Source: Lytechinus pictus (lineage: Eukaryota). Taken from it: a stretch of 64,000 nt of DNA. The translations under genes and the position numbers were made by a program. Position 1 is the first letter of the stretch; each line of letters opens with the position of its first letter. The stretch lies in NCBI RefSeq assembly GCF_037042905.1, contig NC_087256.1, positions 19,034,001 through 19,098,000 of the forward strand. Direction: 5' to 3'. Under the pieces are notes generated by a model. It saw only the letters and a list, made by a program, of their open reading frames with translations. It was not told where the DNA came from and made no database searches. Of this stretch, positions 50,001-63,279 are shown one piece after another.

Positions 50001-53000
50001 ATTCAAATATCCAATTGTTCTGAGTCAATGACGGATGAATAAGTAAACATATTGAGTGAAAATGACAACAAATAACAAAAAAGATCGAACAAACTCATTT
50101 GTTAATTTTCTTAATTAATAAATTGCTTCGTGCGGAGTTTTATTAAATTTACATAAATTATTTAGGTAAAAAATTATAGCAAATAAGAAGTCGAATTTCA
50201 AGAAGAAATGCCAAATTAATTCCCATCTCCTAGTGCGTCAATTCTTGATACGATGTATTTTCTGTGGTAAAAAGCACACCATATGGAAGTGGCGACACGC
50301 ACCACGCAACAGACGATCTCAAAAATAGCGGGAGATAAAAAGTATAGGAATGTGACATTTCACGCATTGGACAGTATGGAGGCGGCAACCAAATGGCAAG
50401 GTTATTTGTTTCTCAAGTGACGTCTTAGATTGAGATGTCGTCGAGAAGATGGTCACAACTGGGGATCAAAATTGACTTGCAAAACAGTCCGAAAGCTTTC
50501 TGATTTGCGCTAATGAGGGGCTTGTATTTGTATTTTGATAACGAGGAGAGTTTTATAATATATTGCCTTCAGCCATCCACCATGCATGATTTAAAGCATG
50601 CTGAAATTTTATATAACGCGAGGTGAATTAATTTTGTGGCTAGTAGAATATCATTATTGCGAGAGCTATTCCATTTGAGGAATATAACATGCGAATGTGA
50701 TAGTTTGCTTAGCTAAAGGTCAAAATAATCGAAGAGAATATGTGTCTGAAATATTTGTTTCAATCCGCACATGCATTTCTCTCGGCTATAATGCATCTGT
50801 ATTTGCTCATACAGTATTATATGCTTTCCACCAATGCAAAGAAGAACTGCATGCGTGTTATATTTAATTTTGATAATGATCATATGAACTTCAAGAAGAG
50901 GTATTTACAATGGAAAGAGAGGGAGGGGTAGAGGGGGATTCTGGTTCCATTTCAAGTGTGTTTTATGAATCATTGTTTAGAAAAAGAAAGTAAACCCAAT
51001 ATCATGTTTATACACTGATTTTATCTGTTTTAAGATATGCTAGTAAATGTAAAATGAAATAAAGATTTTCTAATTATTTTTTTTAAAGGAATTAAAACAA
51101 ATTTAAAGTTGAGTTGAATAATTTCAACTTTTATAAAAAAGAAAACAAGAATCATCAAATTTTACACCTCTCAACAGTATACAGTGGAATAATGAGCCAA
51201 AAATAAAGGTGGCCAAACATGCATGGCATATGATGCGAAATTTAAAAAAAAAAGCTTGACCGAGTGAAGATTTTACCTTTTTAAACGAAAATCAAATTTT
51301 GTGATATATTCATATAAAACATTCACGAAATTATATCGTCCTTTACCACTTTCCTTTCATTTCCATCAATTTTCTCCCTTTTCTACTTTTCTTTCTTTAT
51401 CATGCCCCCCCCCCCCAATTTTACTCAAGTGCCTTAAAACGGAATCGAAGTCCTAACCCCAGACTTGGACCTTAAACGGCAAACATTAGAAAGATCAATA
51501 CATATATTGGAGGTATACGAACAGTGAAAGTGATAAAGGCTCAATTTGCTATTAAAAAAAAATAGACCCCAAGCGATATCCGATAATAAAGCCATGGCAC
51601 TCATCACCAGAGCAAATATTATGGCATAGTTCCACCGGCGAAACGGACCACAGTCCGACCAAGTCATTGCGTTATTTCCAAGTACGTACAAATTTCGTAT
51701 GATTTTCGAGTTGCGATTGATTGCAAGTCTTTCTGCAACGGGGACCCAGGCGTTGTTCCGGAGACGGAGAGATCAATACTTCCAAATCAACACTAAAGGA
51801 TATGGACAATGAGTTTGTTTTCATGTTCTAAGGCAATATTCAATAATTTTCACATATTAGTAACAGAGTATAATATGCAGAGGAAGATGGGTGGAGAGGG
51901 TGATATATCAATCCCTATCGGCAAATCTAGGCCTACTTTGGTATTGATAGTGGGGAGCACTCAGGTAAATTGGAGAAAAAGAGTTGTTCGTCTGTTCGTA
52001 TAACATGGTCATCTTTACAAAGTATCATGAAGTCCTTTCATTACAGCTTAATATAATTTCCTCCATTAGAGAACAATTGTCAAAGTGTCAGGATTATAAT
52101 TATATTTATTGAACTAATTTGATATTATAGGCATATTGTATTGGTAGATTTCAGATGTAATTTGAATTGTATTTTTCAGAATGATTTTGAATTGTAAAAA
52201 TTGCATTTATTTTCTATCATTCTGGAAATAAACGAAAATGAAATTAATATAAAGGAAAATAATATAAACAACAAATATCTTTGGAGAATAACATTACTGT
52301 CCTCCCCGATAGAAACCATCGTAAGAAATGTCCCATAATTCCACAAGAATACATAACATGAATTTATATGGTCTTCTGTAATCGCTGATGAATGGATAGC
52401 AGAAATATAAAGTGCGATGGAATAAAAAAAAATCTATTTTGGAAACCGATTGGAAAGCAGAATTTGGAAGATTGTATGCTAATGAAGCGCGCTCACCCGG
52501 ACAAGTGTTTTCGCGCCAAAAAGGGGGAGAAAGGGTGAAAACAGTTCGGGTAATAGGAGATTGTATTTGAATTGAGTGCGTGATGTGAATGTTTTTTGAG
52601 ATGTGCTAGTGGCGTAAGAGTGGAATTTATTTCGTGTAAAGGTACCCTCTTAAAATAGTTGGGCCAAAAATGCCCAACTTTTAACCAACCCTGGGCAACA
52701 TACTGTCCACACAACTATTGGTTAAAATATGCCCAAATTGGGTAATAAAAACTAATAATTGGGTTTAAAAAATTGCTCAATTGGATAATAATTGCCCAGA
52801 ATTTTACCAACATACATTACCAAACACAGTGGACAGTATATTTCCCAACATTTAAGTGTGTAGTGTGATATTTTTTAAGCAAGAAAGAGGGGAGGGGCAA
52901 ATAAACTGCAAACGAACAAACTTGATAAAGCTGTGATGTTGCTGAATTTCATGTCATTCATTACAATGATCTTAAATTGTTTGGATATAAAGGGGTAGAG

Positions 53001-55087
53001 GATGAATACAATCTAATTAAAAAAATAAACGTTATAGAGGTGATCAAAAGTTAGAATGTCACGAAATACACAAAACACACAATCGAAATTTCCGCGAAAT
53101 TTTTTCCGTGTATATCTATTGCTGTGATAAAAAAATGAAATCATGAAACCAGTGGCGTAATAAGCAGGGATAAAATTTAAAAAATGCCTCCCCCCCAAAA
53201 AAATGATTGAAAAATTGAGCGATACAATATGGCATATGAGGAAAATAAATTCTAAAAGGTCGAGAGGGAGTGAAAATTATGAGCAATAAAAATGAAAATC
53301 TGATTTTGTGATAGAGTTTGGACCCCTTCCCCTGAAAAACATACGAAATAAATTTTTGTGTTATATAAAAATAATGTAATAAGTTTCTCATTTTTTTTTT
53401 CCGATTTGGATTTACAAAAAAAACCTTAACAACCAACCCCCCCAAAAAAAACCCACCTCTATGGTGGTTTGATTTTATCTAAATATTCACATCAACTTGC
53501 CTTTCGGGTGTATTTGACCTTAAATCTTTTTCTGTTAAAAATAATTCTTCGCATATCAAAAATTTCGCAAAGAAGACATATACAAAATACAATCATGTTT
53601 CATATCCTCCGAACTAAAGTTTGATAAATTACGTACAAAATAGTTGAAATAATACTTTGTTCGGCCTACATAATTATCTTTGTCATGAGTATTGAAATTA
53701 TTTTAACCGATATTGAGTAGGAGTCAAACCCGAGCTAACATTTGAGAATGTCTTTAAATGCAAGGGCTTAACATCAAGTCATTGCTGAATCATCATCACT
53801 GACGTAGTCTAGTAGAACCCAGAATAGCATGAGAATTAGCATATGTAATCCATCTTCTCAAGTAACGTCTTAATAACGTAATTGATGAAATAAAAAAGAG
53901 GAATAATCATTGTCCCATGCGTGTCGATTGATGCATAAGATTAACTTCAAAATTGTAATTTAGAATTCAGCTCGATGTACTAAGATGTATTTTCACTAAA
54001 AAAAAAAAGACCGTGGTGTTTAAATTACACCTATCGTTGTTGTGAGTGTACTACAATTAAAGATACACGTATATAAACCAGTGTTGAATTCACGGTGTTT
54101 GTTCAACACCCATTGTTATTCTGTTTATTTCATCGACACTACTTGGTGTTACATTCCAACACCAAGGTGTGTTTCTAACACATGAGGATGCGGTGCTTTC
54201 ACAACATAACACACTTTTTTTTGCACTGGGACACAGTCTATGTTGTGAAAGCACACAGTATAACCCCAAAAAGGGGCGCACGGCGGTGCTACATGGGGCA
54301 AGGGTCTTTCAATTAATAGAAAAAAGGGGAAAGGAAGAGGAAGAAAATGAAAGGATAATTAACAATATCAAGGAGAGGTGGGACTCTCTACACACCCCTG
54401 CTATTCAATTCTTTATTGAAAAAAAAAATGCTGTTTTGCACTGCTCTGTTCCTGACCCTTAATAGAATGATTATTCAAAATGGAAAATAATTAACCTTAA
54501 GAAAAACTGTTATTTCTTTACCACATAGCAAATGTTCCATAGACATAATCTAGATACGTATAGGCTAAGCCATTTCGGTTATTAAACCTGTGTTTCATTT
54601 CTTCAATGTTTCCATGACTGGCAAAATAAGAGAATACAGCGGAATCAACATGATTAATGACAGAGACGATGAGCTCATCTGTGTTGCAGCCGAGTCAACA
54701 TCATCTGGTTTACGAGTCAATTGTTTAACCTCCTGATAGCAAGTACATCACCAGGTGGACACATCGCTGATGTAAGCACATAATAATTATACTGACAATA
54801 ACATACCCAGCAATCAGGGGCCTTGCTCTGGTTGGGGGGTGGGGGCGCGACGGCCCTCCTTATATGATTTTTTTACTGGGGAAACAAAAAACAATAAAAT
54901 CTATTACACATCCAAAGAATAAAAAAAACACCAACTGGAAGACGGTATACACCTTGAGCAATGAGATCAGAGATCAAACCTCAATATAGATTTATTTGAG
55001 GGCTTGGGAAAGAGGAAATGGAAAAAGTGGAGAGTGGGAAGAATGTTTCTATTTTTTGGGTCTAAATTTCGGTTTCGTTCGACTTAA

Positions 55088-55566
55088 AGGGATGCTCCGG
55101 GCTGAAAAGAGTTATATGCACATCGTCATGAATATTCATTAGATGGGTTGATGATGATGTCACATCCCCAATTCCCTTTTTCTTGTGTTATTACATGAAA
55201 TCATAATTGTTTCATTTTTCATACATGTGTGAATGATATATCTCACATGTAATGAAAGAAGTTGCAGCAATGAATATCTAATGCACAGTTGTTATTCCAA
55301 TATTTATTGTTCTTGAAGTAAAAATTTGAATAAACCTTATTTCATATCATAAAATAAAAGAGAACAAGTGGGGATATGACATCATCAGTTTGCCTATTGA
55401 ATATTCATGAAAACATGCCTAGAAATGTTTCACCGGAATAATGCAAATCTTTAAAATGCCATAACTTTGTTATTCCTTGTCCGATTTTGGTAAAATTTAA
55501 GTGTTTTGTTTCTCTGATTTTTCGTGATTTGTTCAAATCATATTATTTTCAGCCTGGAGTATCCCT
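55088..55566. mobile_element. Non-autonomous Kolobok-like DNA transposon
   Basis: TTAA TSD and TIR AGGGATGCTCCGGGCTGAAAA / TTTTCAGCCTGGAGTATCCCT. Confidence 0.85.
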
Positions 55567-55737
55567 TTAACACTCGACATGTTGATGTCTTCTCTGAGTT
55601 GGTATCATTGTATCGTATTGCTCTATCTGATGCATCCCATCCCAAGACTTGAAGATGACCTTGTCTCTTCTCAAAGGTCATACCATCTGGCTAAGTGTAT
55701 TGGAAGTGGATCATCAGGGAGTGGAATGATGTGAGAG

Positions 55738-56000
55738 GGGATGGGTGGGGGGGGGGGGGGTTTAGAAGATAGAGGGGGATAGGTAGTAGAGGTTTGGGGT
55801 TTGAGGTTGGGTAGAGAGAGATGGGGAGGGTGGGGAGAGATGGATGAAGAGGGGGGGGGGAGAAGATAGAGGGGGATTGGTAGTAGAGGTTTGGGGTTTG
55901 AGGTTGGGTATATTAGAGAGAGAATGGGAGAGTGGGGAGAGATGGATGAAGAGGGACGGAGGAGAAAAAGAGAGGGGAAGGAGGAAAGGAGAGGGAGAGA
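55738..56000 (+). repeat. G-rich purine tract with a two-copy tandem duplication of about 97 bp
   Basis: The unit AGAAGATAGAGGGGGAT.GGTAGTAGAGGTTTGGGGTTTGAGGTTGGGTA starts at 55764 and at 55861. Confidence 0.85.
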
Positions 56001-56269
56001 AATACATGTATTGCGATAAATAGACTTGACAAAAATTGCTAATCTTCTTGGTCTGCATCATCTACCCCACAATGCACTGATGAAGATGTGTGTACCATCA
56101 TAGGGATGCCAGGGTAAGCAAGGGTAAATATAGATGACTATATATTTGAATCAGTACACCAATGAACTATATGTCAATCAATCTATCATCAATGATAATC
56201 CATTCACCAGAACACACGGTATATTAATGAAACACTCATTCTATTAACAAACTTACAACTCAATAAATA

Positions 56270-56436
56270 NNNNNNNNNNNNNNNNNNNNNNNNNNNNNNN
56301 NNNNNNNNNNNNNNNNNNNNNNNNNNNNNNNNNNNNNNNNNNNNNNNNNNNNNNNNNNNNNNNNNNNNNNNNNNNNNNNNNNNNNNNNNNNNNNNNNNNN
56401 NNNNNNNNNNNNNNNNNNNNNNNNNNNNNNNNNNNN
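56270..56436. other. Assembly gap
   Basis: Run of N. Confidence 0.99.
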
Positions 56437-58269
56437 AGTCACTATCAAACGTATCAACCACTGGACATGTTAAATAAATTGAATAAAAAAATAATATTTT
56501 AAGTTAATTTCTGTGAAAAAAGTAATAAGCAGTGTGTATTGCAAATGAATTTGCCTTCATAAAGTTCAAACACAGGCCAGATGATTAATTACCGAGGGTA
56601 TTTTGCAAACAGTCATTTGATAAATGCCCAGAATTCTCAATAATATTATCCTTGACGTTTCAAAGGAAAGGCATGAATATGAAAAGTGGAGACTATGGAA
56701 GGGACAATAATTGTCTTTTGTCGCTCCTTTCTGAAATTCTTCAGAAAACTGCTTTAAAATGGGAACCCATCTTTGTGGAATACATCTGTTTATTAATGTG
56801 ATTGGTTAACATTGGTTTGACTTTTAAAAAATCTGAGCTAGAAGGTCACACTTGTCACCTGTGTCTGTGATATGTTACAAAAATGAAGCCCAGAAAAAAT
56901 TGCGTTCGAAAATGATTATTTAGTGCTTCAAAAATTGAAATATAAAGTGACCGAAAACACCATCTTAATTTCATCCCATACACTTATGTGTACTATTTAG
57001 GCGTCTATAAGACACCTATTTACAAAATCGGGGTTTGCCTTGTAGTTTTAGCTTTTCATTGTCAATAATGGTTGTTTTCAGGGTTTATTAGTTCTAATAC
57101 ATGCACTTGTACACATGTTTCATCTTGGTTTGAGAATTTTTTAAATCGGCTGCTCACAAAGTTAAACAATACCTTTAATAAGCAAAATTTTGGAATCAAT
57201 GAAGTCCATCGTTTAACAAATAAAAGGGTTCACATCACTGTCACTATCTTATTTTAAATACAACACATTTCGTTTATTATCACCCAAACTTGCTACCTTC
57301 AAAATGATGTTAGAACTGTATTTACTTATGCCCTATGAGTATGATGTGTAATTCTTACTACAGCCTTCGCTTATAAGTTCTATGTGTATACCAATGGTGG
57401 TAGCTTAACTAGCTTTGTCATTAATCTTAATTACTTTGGTGAAACAAAAATATATTCAGGGAACTACATCTAATAATCAGTTGCATAATTTGCCAAACAT
57501 AATTTTTTTAGAGCACCTGAGAAAGTCAAGCGAGCAAGCAAAAATATTGACGCTTTAAAATGAACATCTTTGTGTTAAATTTTGACATAATATTCAGAAA
57601 TAACTTGTCTGTCCCTTTTCCCTTTCCTTTTCTTTCTTTCACCCCCCCGTTTTTTTCCCCCTTGATCGTGGAACTTTTTTTAGCATGGCTCCAAGCCCCC
57701 TCTCCCCCATCTGTATGCCATTGGACATCTAATTTACCATCAACAGTCATTTGCAAGCAATTGGGCCCAAACTGTAGAAGTATTTCTCCTTATTTGTTTC
57801 TTCTGAATTCAGACACATGAATTTGAGAAGATTACTAATCCTTAATTGGTATGAGGAAAAGGATATGTTCAATTGGCAGGTAGGTAGTTGGGTTGATGAT
57901 AATCAGATAAAACTTGTTGCATAACAGACAAAAGGATGACACATCGTCTGTAGATTTGGTAAAATTTTACAATAACTCTAAGGGTAAACTCTCACTCGAG
58001 TGTTGTAAATGATGGTTAAGTGACTATCTTGAATGTAGTAATGCCGAAATACCACAATAAAGACTGCAATACAGTGGTTGAGAACAGTAGTATACCAAAC
58101 AAGAACCAAATTTTTGTTCCGAATAGTCGAGAGAGTCACCTGAACCAGCACTGACCGACTCCGACCATTGCCAAAGTGTAAGAGCTACTAATCATTGTAT
58201 AATAGTCAGATATTGGGGCAATTTGGCTTCCTGTAATGGTAATATTGCATTTTAATTGACATAGTATTT

Positions 58270-58397
58270 TTTCTACATACAAGCTGCAGCTTCATTAGCA
58301 GCACTCAGTGTATTGAAGTAATCAATCCAACTGGGGTACCTAACCTGGGTTGAGTGAAGTGCAATACAGATAAATTTCTTGCTGAAGGAAATAAACA
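58270..58397 (-). mobile_element. Diverged SINE fragment, same family as 765-940
   Basis: Reverse complement reads TCCTTCAGCAAGAAATTTATC...CACTCAACCCAGG...GGTACCCCAG. Confidence 0.45.
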
Positions 58398-60819
58398 TAC
58401 TACATACAATCAATAAAAGCAAATAGAAAACATTTTGTATAAATCACTTGTATAAGTCTTGTATAAATATTTATTTCGATTTTGTACAATAAATGAAATC
58501 TGTTACATGTAATATCTAGAGAGGTTTTGAATACACAAAACAAAGTAAAATAAAAGAAAGAACAGATCTGTATTTGCATAATGACATAATTTAGGAGACA
58601 AACTGACAAGGTGACCGTGACACAAAACTTGGCTTTCATCGTACAACATTTTTTTGCGATTGATTGCATTGACTACAATGTACAATTAAGCATGAGAACC
58701 AAGCGTACGATTAATCACTAACCTTTGTGATACTGGATCAAGGAGAGTGTTACATGAAGCTGTTCATGAAATAACGCATGACTTTATTCATAATCGGAAC
58801 ATGTTCTTATAGGTTCTTAGCTACATAGCGATTAGGCCAATAACTTTTTGTACAAGAAACATTCACAAGTCATGCACAACATCATGCATCACCTAATAAG
58901 ATTCAGCTTAAAATTAAATGACCACCTGGCTGACAAAGCCGATCACATATTCATAACGTACACTTTATTGGATGCAGATCTACATTAACAGTACTGACAA
59001 TAAATATTACTTTCTTTTTATCTTCCTTCAGATGATACTTACTAATGTTCTATTATACCTCACAATTTGATATCTACTACAAATAAAGGGAAAAAAAAGC
59101 CAAATCAATAATAACTAATAATAATGAAAAAACAACCTTTGAATGAAAGAATCTATAAATACTGACAAAACTAAAATGATGTGATATATGCATTATAGTA
59201 GGAGAAAGGCAATGGACGTCACATTTTGGGAGCGTACAAGGATTCCTTTGGCTTATAGCAAGTGGGAATAATTTTCACAATTTCTCAATTTTTTTTACAC
59301 AAAATGACACATTTTCGTTCAAAGCGGTCTCGCCTTGTTGATCTCTATTGTCTCCTTTACATATGACAAGAATGACAAGAACTTGAGAATGTCTGGAATA
59401 ATTATCAGACAAAAATATATAATTCCTTGTCTTGCTGTGTTGGCTGTAACATATGGACCACTTGTCGATGTGAATAACAACGGAATGCAACTGACATTTC
59501 ACTGTACAAAGAGATATCTGCATGTTCATTAATAAACATGACCTAATCTGCATGTCATGCTTATTCATGATTTGGGGTGGGTACAGTGTGTGAATGTGTG
59601 TGTCTTCTGTTGTATGTAAGCTGTGTGTTGGCTTGCCACAAATGAGATTGTAGTGGGTGACTAACTAGTCTGATTTAAAGACCCAAATATGCACTTCATG
59701 ACTTCAAAGAATTACTTCTTAATCTTAGTAAATAGTTGAATTCAAGCTTGTGTAGTAATCTCAGCATCATCTATGTTGAACATATTGATGAAATCTTAAC
59801 ATTATTTATGTTGAACATATTGATGATATGATAAAACACTTCTTAATAAAAATAATGTTTATTTATCCTCAATGTTGGTAAACAATCATGGACAAACTAT
59901 ATATGATTTTTAAATGTCACAGTGGATGACTTAACAATGGGAAACCTGAGCATTAGACCATAAAACATTGATCTATCACTGTTTGATGCACAGGTTTTAA
60001 TTGTATGTCCTCCAACATGTCTGCTCGTGGGAATGCTCTATAGAGCATACAATATACCAAACAAAAGAGTGAGATCAAAATTTATTTCAGTCATAGATTT
60101 AGGATCAAGTTTACTATGGTAATACTAATGACATATTTTGAGATAAGCCTTATCTTGTTTCTCAACGGCAGCTGTCTCAAACACAGAATTTATAATCAGA
60201 TATGGCCATTAATATCGAAAAAAAAAATACATGTGAACACATTCTTAAATTCCATTTTTTTTTATTACAAAAAAAAAATCAAATTCTTGACAACTATTGT
60301 AAAAAGATTTCACAACTTGCTATTAATGGTAGCCCTTTTTTTATCGATAACTCCCATAGCAAGATTTCAAGAGACAATTACATTAAAAAAATTTTCAACT
60401 ACATGTAACATGTATAATTACCAATTTTTAATATGTGAAATAAATTAACAATGAGCAAAAAGACCCTATCACAAGAGAAGGGCTATATTACATAAACAAA
60501 ATTGTTGATCATATAGTGCATTTATATGGTAATGTTGGAAAGTTCATATCAAGGTGGTCTGAGCATAAAGACTACTATAATTGTCAATCATTCCACAAAA
60601 ACCTGCTTATTCTTTATTCATATATTTACTCTCCTTCTCTCAACACAGAGGGCACTAGACAGCTATATATGAATCACTCTTGGTTGCACAGGCCTAAAAC
60701 ATTTCCCATAGACTTGTGTGTTAATTTGGCACTTTAAAAATTCATAAAAAGGATGAAATTCGAGGGTCGAATGTTTACTACCAGTGGATAAGAAATATAA
60801 TTTCTTCACTTTCATTTGA

Positions 60820-61572
60820 GTAAAAGGGAGCCAAGTGGGTGGTCACCAAGCAGTGATAGTGATGAAGAACTAAGCCCTGAGAAAACTCCCCCAAGGAAGT
60901 CAACACGCACAAAACGTCCACCTCCTTCACCAGAAAAGGAACCTTTGACAGACCTTACCTGCCATTCCATATCTGAAGAGAAAAGGGTACCTTGACCTGC
61001 TCATTTTAAGAATAAATTGGCATTTATAAAAACTACACTTGACAGGATCAAATTCAGCACATGAGACAGTAAAATGGTCCTTACTCTTCCGTCATTTAAG
61101 TTCCAAACTTGGTGATGTATCTTCCCAAATTTGGGAAAAGGAAGTTCAGTAGTTACCAAAAATAGAATCAGTGTTAGATCGACAATCATACTCATTCACT
61201 TTTGTCAATCAGCAATATAAAATTAAAAATTGAGAATGGGTTGGCTCGAATGAATATCTTTTGCCTGCCAGTTGTAATTAGGCCCGTGTAACCTCTTTGA
61301 GTCGGCCCTACATTGATTTTCAGGGAATGCTGAATCTAGAGGGAGGCCAAGAGCTATTAAGGTATGCTTCATCAAGTACTCTGACAGAGATTTAGTAAAG
61401 CAGCACGCCAAGAATTTAAAAGGCACAAATACATAAATATCAGAAGACATACCAAAACAGATTAGAGAAGCGTAGCAACCCCAAATTGCATCTTTGAAAG
61501 TAGCTAGGCAAATGGGAAAGCTGGCTTACTCCTCAAGAGCAGACCCTGTAAAATTCTTCATCAACAATATAT
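60820..61572 (+). pseudogene. Decayed non-LTR retrotransposon (LINE) ORF1p remnant
   Basis: 61341-61572 reads GRPRAIKVCFIKYSDRDLVKQHAKNLKGTNT*ISEDIPKQIREA*QPQIASLKVARQMGKLAYSSRADPVKFFINNI. This resembles the RRM/CTD end of L1/L2/CR1-type ORF1p and has two in-frame stops. The upstream low-complexity SPSSDSDEELSPEKTPPRKSTRTKR fits an ORF1 N-terminus. Confidence 0.7.
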
Positions 61573-62709
61573 AAATGCCCCCAAATGCAACAGATAGTAT
61601 TTGTTCAAGATGTTGAAAACCAACAAATGAAGGACGGAAGAGTAAGGGAGGAGCATTCAGTGTCTTACATTTCTGTCAAGTCGAGACTTTGTATAAATGT
61701 ATTGGATGTCATTATCATGCTTGTTCTTAATAAGTTTGATTTGTATCATTTCTCAATTGCATAAATTGGTTTCTTTTATTTTCAGAATAAACTACCTGTT
61801 AAAGTTGAATTAAGAAGACGATTCCAAATATTGAGATATTTACATTAATAGCAACCTTACAACCCCCCAAAACACTAAGAGGTGATTCGACCCCCCCCCC
61901 CTAATTTTTTTCTTCAAAATAGTGAATTTGAATGATTTATCCCTACCCATTTTCCTCCGAGTTTGCTCCTGCAATGCCTACCGAGACGGGTGTTCGGTCC
62001 CGGTGTAGTAAACAAGGCAGTGCCGTTTTGTGTACTATGCACGTACGCCTTCATATTTACTTTTGTGTCAAAACTTCATTCTATCGCTATTGATTTTATG
62101 TGAACGATTTTGAAAGGAAGTAATAATTATTTAAAATTTTCTTCTTTGTAGCGATTTTAGACGATTTTAATGCCTTGTTTTCGTTCGGGACTGTGTCCGT
62201 GGCGAAACAAGTCATAATGGATCTAATGAACTGCAGTTGAAGTTGTATCTGCGAGCCGGAGAACTTGCAAAGAGGAAATGATTAAAAGTACATTTATGGC
62301 CGTACTATTATCCCAAATATGTAAATTCCCTCAAAATGATACCATAGACCCTAAAGGAATAATTTCAAGGCGAATAATATGAAATTTGATCGAGATATTC
62401 TCACCAGTCGATAACGTAGCAGACGTGTTATTATAACATATTTATCCAGGTGTGACGCGGCTCTTGCAAAAAACAGTTGGTTGCGGAATTGCTCTGTGCC
62501 GACCGGCCGCCCGCGCCGGCGTAGCTAGCTGTCGAGCTACTGTACACCTTATACGTGCTTGCTGTCTTCAACTCACTGGCGTTTGTATATGTGACGGCTC
62601 TCGCAGATCTCTTGTGTAAATATAAAAAACAATTTGGAAGGCTGAGAAGAATAGTAGGATTGATTCACGATTGTTCTGCGGAATGAGTGGAAATGATCCA
62701 GAGGATAAA

Positions 62710-63279
62710 ATGGAGTCAAAAGGAAAGAAGAAAAAGAAGACGTCAGGGGATCGCTGCATGGTGATGAACGGCGTGTCGACATACCAGACCACTACAGTAC
62801 ACTCCATGCCTGGGCCTTTGCCAGCTGCTGGTGGTAGGTTTTCTGCCCTCCAGATGGCATGGATACATTTTATCCAATTACATAGGGTCTTTGACCACAC
62901 TCGTAGTTTGCACTTTGACAAAAGCCAGTATGACCAAACACAGCTTCGGATGTATGAGATGGGACTCCAAAAAAACCCGCCTAAACTCCTGCCAGAAGCT
63001 GTCCCCCACATCTATAATCCTGAACCTGCTGCCTCTACCTCTAGATCTACAACTGAACCTGTTCCAACCCATTCCAGCTCTGAGTCCCACGCATCTTCGC
63101 AAACATCGATGCCTACAAGTTCAACATCCAAGGGCAGTGCCAGTGAAGCTGTGAGTGTGCCTGCAGCAAGGCCATCGACACCAGCTGGAAAGTGTAACGT
63201 TGGAAGAATTCTGCTTGCCTCTGACTCAGACTCAAAGCCACAAGTCAAACGACAAAGAACATCATCTTTCAGAAAAAAG
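62710..63279 (+). CDS. First exon of a THAP-like domain protein with degenerate zinc ligands, likely transposon-derived
   Basis: ATG in aaaATGg context (alternative ATG at 62683) and phase-0 donor AAG|gtaggt. Shows the THAP-like order RCMVMNG...HSMP...AWIHF...SLHFDKSQY...LLPEAVPHI, then a Ser/Thr-rich linker. CpG-rich sequence lies upstream. Confidence 0.65.

Noticed and set aside
59275-59568. Minus-strand exon-like ORF after a CAG acceptor
   Set aside because: No recognisable protein in any frame and no linked exons identified.
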